Below are positions 48,701 to 64,000 of a DNA stretch of 64,000 bases, piece by piece. The stretch's first letter is position 1, and every line of letters begins with the position of its first letter. A model generated the notes under the pieces. It did no database searches. It saw only the letters and a list, made by a program, of their open reading frames with translations, and was not told where the DNA came from. The DNA is from Antedon mediterranea (lineage: Eukaryota; Animalia; Echinodermata), in assembly GCF_964355755.1 (NCBI RefSeq), contig NC_092670.1:35018388-35082387 (forward strand), in the 5' to 3' direction. The position numbers were made by a program, and so were the translations under genes.

Positions 48701-50517
48701 TTCAATTCTATTAGTCTTTTTTTTTTTTTTTTTAAATAGTATTTTAGATTGAGTAAACACTGTAAAATTATTACTTTGTTCAACAAAAAGTAATAATTTT
48801 CCAGTTTATTATATTCGGAAACTTATTTAATAGAGTTAAACACTTTTACCATTTTGTTGGGCATCATCCACACAGTTTTTTTTTGCACATTTTTTGTTTA
48901 CATAGATATTGTACAATCCAATTCTAGTTTTTCAATTTCAAGACTTTTATTTTCAGTAGTTTAGTAATTTAGATTGTTTTTTTTAAAAAAAAGGTAAACA
49001 TTTTATTAATGTACTTTTCTCCATTTTTCAGACAAAAAAGAAATTTGAAGTGATGTTTGAGTCCAAAGTATGAGATGAAGAAGGAGATCAAAAACATTTA
49101 TTCTTGCAGATGTAAAACAATTAATTATTGTACATACATGCTTCAATAATACAATCTGATATTAAAATATTTATTATTATTGACAATTGCTTATATTATA
49201 TTAGTGTTATTTCAAATGTAAATAGAGTTGACAGTCGACATTCTCAAAATTGTTTAGTCGGCAGGAATTTGGAACCCTTAAAAAAGGCTGGTTTTTAGTC
49301 AGTTGATTTGACAGTTAATAAGAGTGCTCTCAAAGATACATGTGAATTAAAGACATTTATTCCTGGTACAGTATATGGCCCTGAAATTATAGGATTTTTA
49401 AGCAAATAATAAATTATCAATAATAATGCAATGTTGGTATGAGGTGGTACATGGTAGATGTTCAGGTGGTGTCTTTAAGTAAATCAGGTTCTGCTATATA
49501 TTCATTTTACCAATGAAAAAGCTCTGTCTACACTATCAAACTAGTGTAGTTTGAAAAAAGTGTGATGTGCCCAAATGTGGTAGTGATATGCCCAAAAATG
49601 GTAGTGATATGACATCACCATGTCCATATAAGTATATATAAGTACTGTAGGCCTATTATTCTTCATTAGCACAAAAACCGGTTCACAACCAAACTTTACT
49701 AGCTATTAAATAAAAATGCTTGCATTTTTGTTTATCCATATTTTGTTTGCTATTGTATATAAATTTCCATAAATAACAATATTGTACAAAACATTAATAC
49801 TTTATTATTTCAACAATTATTATTACAATTCTATCAGAAATGTGTGTAATGTTTTACAGTTTAAAATGTATGATAAAATAGTTTTTTTTTTCTCCAATTC
49901 CAGTCATTTCCTGTAAAAAGATTTTCTGAATAAAATAGATTTAAATTTTATTTTTTTGTGATCAGGCAATCTCCTACTTGTGTACGCTATGTTTTTAATG
50001 GTTGTAGTGACCACTGCAAGTAGACCAAAAGGGCTATATACGGACATCTTCTAATGCCTAAACTCCAATATGTATTGTATTTAATGTTGGTATAAAGACG
50101 ATAGTTGTAGTCCAGACCACAGTGGTTAGATGCATATGCATCAATACCTACAGTACACTGCATGTATGTATGTTGGTAGGCTAGTGTAAAGACCACATGT
50201 GTTCTAGATGCAGACATCTATCAATATGCCTTCACTCCAATAGATGTTAGTATGGTGTATAAAGGCCACAGGTAGACCACTCTGGATGCAGATACACTCT
50301 AGATGTACAGTATGTTGGTAATAGACCAGAGCTGTACATCATATTAGGCAAGATGTACAGTAGGCATTGCCTGTATATTTCACCTTCGAACCTTATTTGG
50401 ATACTACTAGAGTAGATGGTTAAAATCGAACATGTTTAAACTTGGCAGGCAAACAAAAGCTACACTTCAAACCTTAGCTTTGCCATTTAGTATATCATTT
50501 CCAGGCCTACACACAGG

Positions 50518-61261
<10,744 letters not shown>

Positions 61262-64000
61262 TTAAAGAAGAAACATTTTAATTAGTTGTCTTTCAAAACT
61301 GAATGGTGAAATATTGTTTTTTTCCGGTCTTCAAGTCGAATCAAATAAAAAAAACAGTTATTTTTTTTACTCCAAATTGAGACACAGAAAGTATTTATGG
61401 TTCGTTGATTAATTCCGCAACTCACATCCCTGCATCACCACTTAAAAAAAGCTCCAATTACAAGCGAAAATTAACATTTTGTCGTTTTTTTGCAGTTGTT
61501 TGTCAGTATTTTCATATAAAATTATAATTACGCATCATACAGTATCTTTTACAGAGTACATGCATAAAGTAGGCCTCATATCTAATTCTAGGCCCAGAGA
61601 ACCATGGTTAGGCTTAGTTTTATGGAGACCTAGCATAGCTAGCCTTGCTGGGGGCCTATATCTAGCCTAGCCTAGCTAGAATTAGCTAGGCCTAGCCCTA
61701 GGCAGGCACTACTATTAATTATATTACTATAGTATTAGAACTTAGAAGTACAGCTAGCCTACTAGATAGAGGCTAGGCCTAGGCCTAGCCTAGGTTGATA
61801 GTAGAAAGGCCTAGCCCCGAATATGGGACACATAAACACAATACAAACAAAATGTAATTGTTACATACTAAATTATAGAGAAAAAAACATTTTAAGTCTG
61901 AAATAAACAACGGCCATATTTGTGACATGTGTGTTTATTTCGGCGAAATGACCTAGTAAGGTTATTGGCATAATCTATTTTAATATAGGGGAGTAAGTTT
62001 AGATTGTGTACAACCTTTGATCAATTATTTAACTTATATATTATACAACAATTGTAACGAAAAATAAAATGTTTATTATTATTCTGTATCTAATTTTGTA
62101 TATTTTGACAATAAATTATCCTATAGTATTATTTAATAAAACAAAATATTCCCTACAAACTAATAAACTGTGCTTAACTTCCCACTTCACTTTTTGCGGT
62201 TGCATGCTGCTGCTGTTGTTGATTCTTCTTACTCCATGATACTAGGTGTGAGTAATACCTAGGCCTACCAGTCTAATCAATAATCGTCTTTAATTAACAA
62301 ATAACGTGACATTTTTATTGTTTAAGCATTTATACAATCTGGTTATTGCGTAGCTAAAGTAGGAGTCGGAAAAAACTGCAAAACTGACTGATTTCATATA
62401 CGTACTCAGCAGGGGCCCATTCGTCACGACGTGGATCATCATGATCATCATAACAGTACCTCCTCCTCCACAATCATGATGATTTAGCCTAGGCCTAGGC
62501 CTAACCTAGTAGGCCCACCAAGCCAAGGCCCCCTACTATCTAGCCAGGGTAGATAGGACTAGCCAGATAGAGGTCTAATACTATTATATAGACCTAGGCC
62601 TAGATTAGCACAGGCCTATACATATCATATGTAATATTAATTATGTATTATTACGCCATGTATTAACTAGGCCTATTATAGAGATGATACAGGGCTGAGC
62701 CCGAGTTTACCTTACTTGTTGAGGCAAAGTTTTGGGCTTTGTTGGTTAAGCTGAGTTGACTAGCTGAAAAAATGGTTTGATCAAATTCCAAAAACTAGGC
62801 CTAGGCTATAATTGGCATGGCCATTTATAATTTTATATTTGTTGGCGTGGTTTGTCAATTTGTATTTTCTATTAATTAAGCACCATTGAGTGGCAATAAT
62901 ATTGGATGTAGTTAGTGGTGGGTATTGTATTTATTATTTAGTAATTATCACATTGATATTTAATTTCTATTTGTATTTTTTTCCAGATTTTTTCTCAACA
63001 TGTTGTGAGGTAATTTCCCGATTGATCGTAATCAAAACGGTACTGGGTTTGGTCTACTAGCGTTCCTGCTCCCAACCAGTACATCCATTCATAGAAGCTT
63101 TAATGAAGTAAGCCTACCTGGTGGTAACCATAGAAACATAGAAACAGTAACACTGTAAATAACACTGAGATACAGAAAATGGTGAATACACACTTAGTCT
63201 GCTCTTCTATTATTTTTCGATGAATGCCCTTTTCGTCGTGGATGGTCTTAAGCCTAGCCTGGTTTTGTTTTGATCGCAATAGACTTGTATAGTAACTATT
63301 TATTTTTACATAAAATGCATTTTGTGATCTTAAATTAGATTCAAAACGTAGGGAAATGTGTCTTTAACAATTAAATATACAGTAGTTGGTAAGCCAGTCA
63401 TTTTCTGCTGTTGCTGATAGTTTTCCTGTTTGGTTTAACCATGGATTAAAGAATAGAAGGATATGCATCGACGTGAGATCAAGGGTTCCTTGACTCTCGC
63501 CGACAGACCGCGGACCGCCCACAATGTTATCAGTTTAATTAACCGCATGGTAACAACGAAACGGTCGCGTGCCTAATATATTGTTTACTGCACAGTCATG
63601 TGCAACGATATTTGACCTTGTTGGCTACGCTTCTTTCGCGCGTTCTTTGGTGGCATGATGTTTTAGCGCTAGCATTAGCAACAATGGCGACGAACAATTT
63701 ATACGACGACGAATTTAGTTATAACCTTTCTGATGAGGAATTGTAGATGCTATAATTGTAATTAGTATAGGTTTCTGCCACGATTGATCTACGTTAATGT
63801 TTTTATGACATTAAAGTAGCATTTTATGACCTGTAGTAGCCCTACATCTGAGACAAAACTATTTGTTGTCTCAGCCTACATGTAAAATTACAAAATCAGC
63901 AAGGATACTAGGCCTAGGCTTTCTAGGCTTACTAGTAAACCATATGATTTGCCGACATTGATACTGCCTAGGTAGGCCTAGGCTAATCTTAAGTGTAGTA

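Noticed and set aside
48150-49050. Possible L1/Tx1 ORF2 C-terminal remnant
   Set aside because: The strand-biased A-richness is suggestive, but the motifs are too degraded to support a call.

Overview
AT-rich, intron-containing animal genomic DNA, probably a marine invertebrate deuterostome such as an echinoderm (inferred from gene and repeat content only). Five spliced protein-coding genes were rebuilt by hand from GT-AG boundaries. (1) A secreted 2xC-type lectin + 2xF5/8 (discoidin) protein (-, ~9829-21248), head-to-head with (2) a secreted Caspr/neurexin-IV-type fibrinogen-like + PAN/apple protein (+, 23379-30896). (3) LanC-like protein 3 (-, 34814-40378), head-to-head with (4) calaxin/EFCAB1 (+, 41043-44858). 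(5) A C2orf76/UPF0538 homolog (-, 50518-61243). The first 9 kb is a decayed BEL/Pao LTR retrotransposon with a 3.6-kb TIR element nested in it. Introns carry many MITEs (Harbinger-like, Kolobok-like), LINE remnants, a tRNA-headed SINE, a 5S-rRNA-headed SINE and two minisatellites. The most unusual signal is a set of apparent DNA-transposon excision scars. TA is expanded to TAGGCTA, TAGGCCTA or TACTGTA, visible as insertions relative to sister repeat copies, and these motifs pile up on the intronic flanks of promoters. There are also ~30-bp CATRG...CYATG hairpins between 7-bp direct repeats that resemble P-element footprints. All calls were made by eye; no database searches were run.
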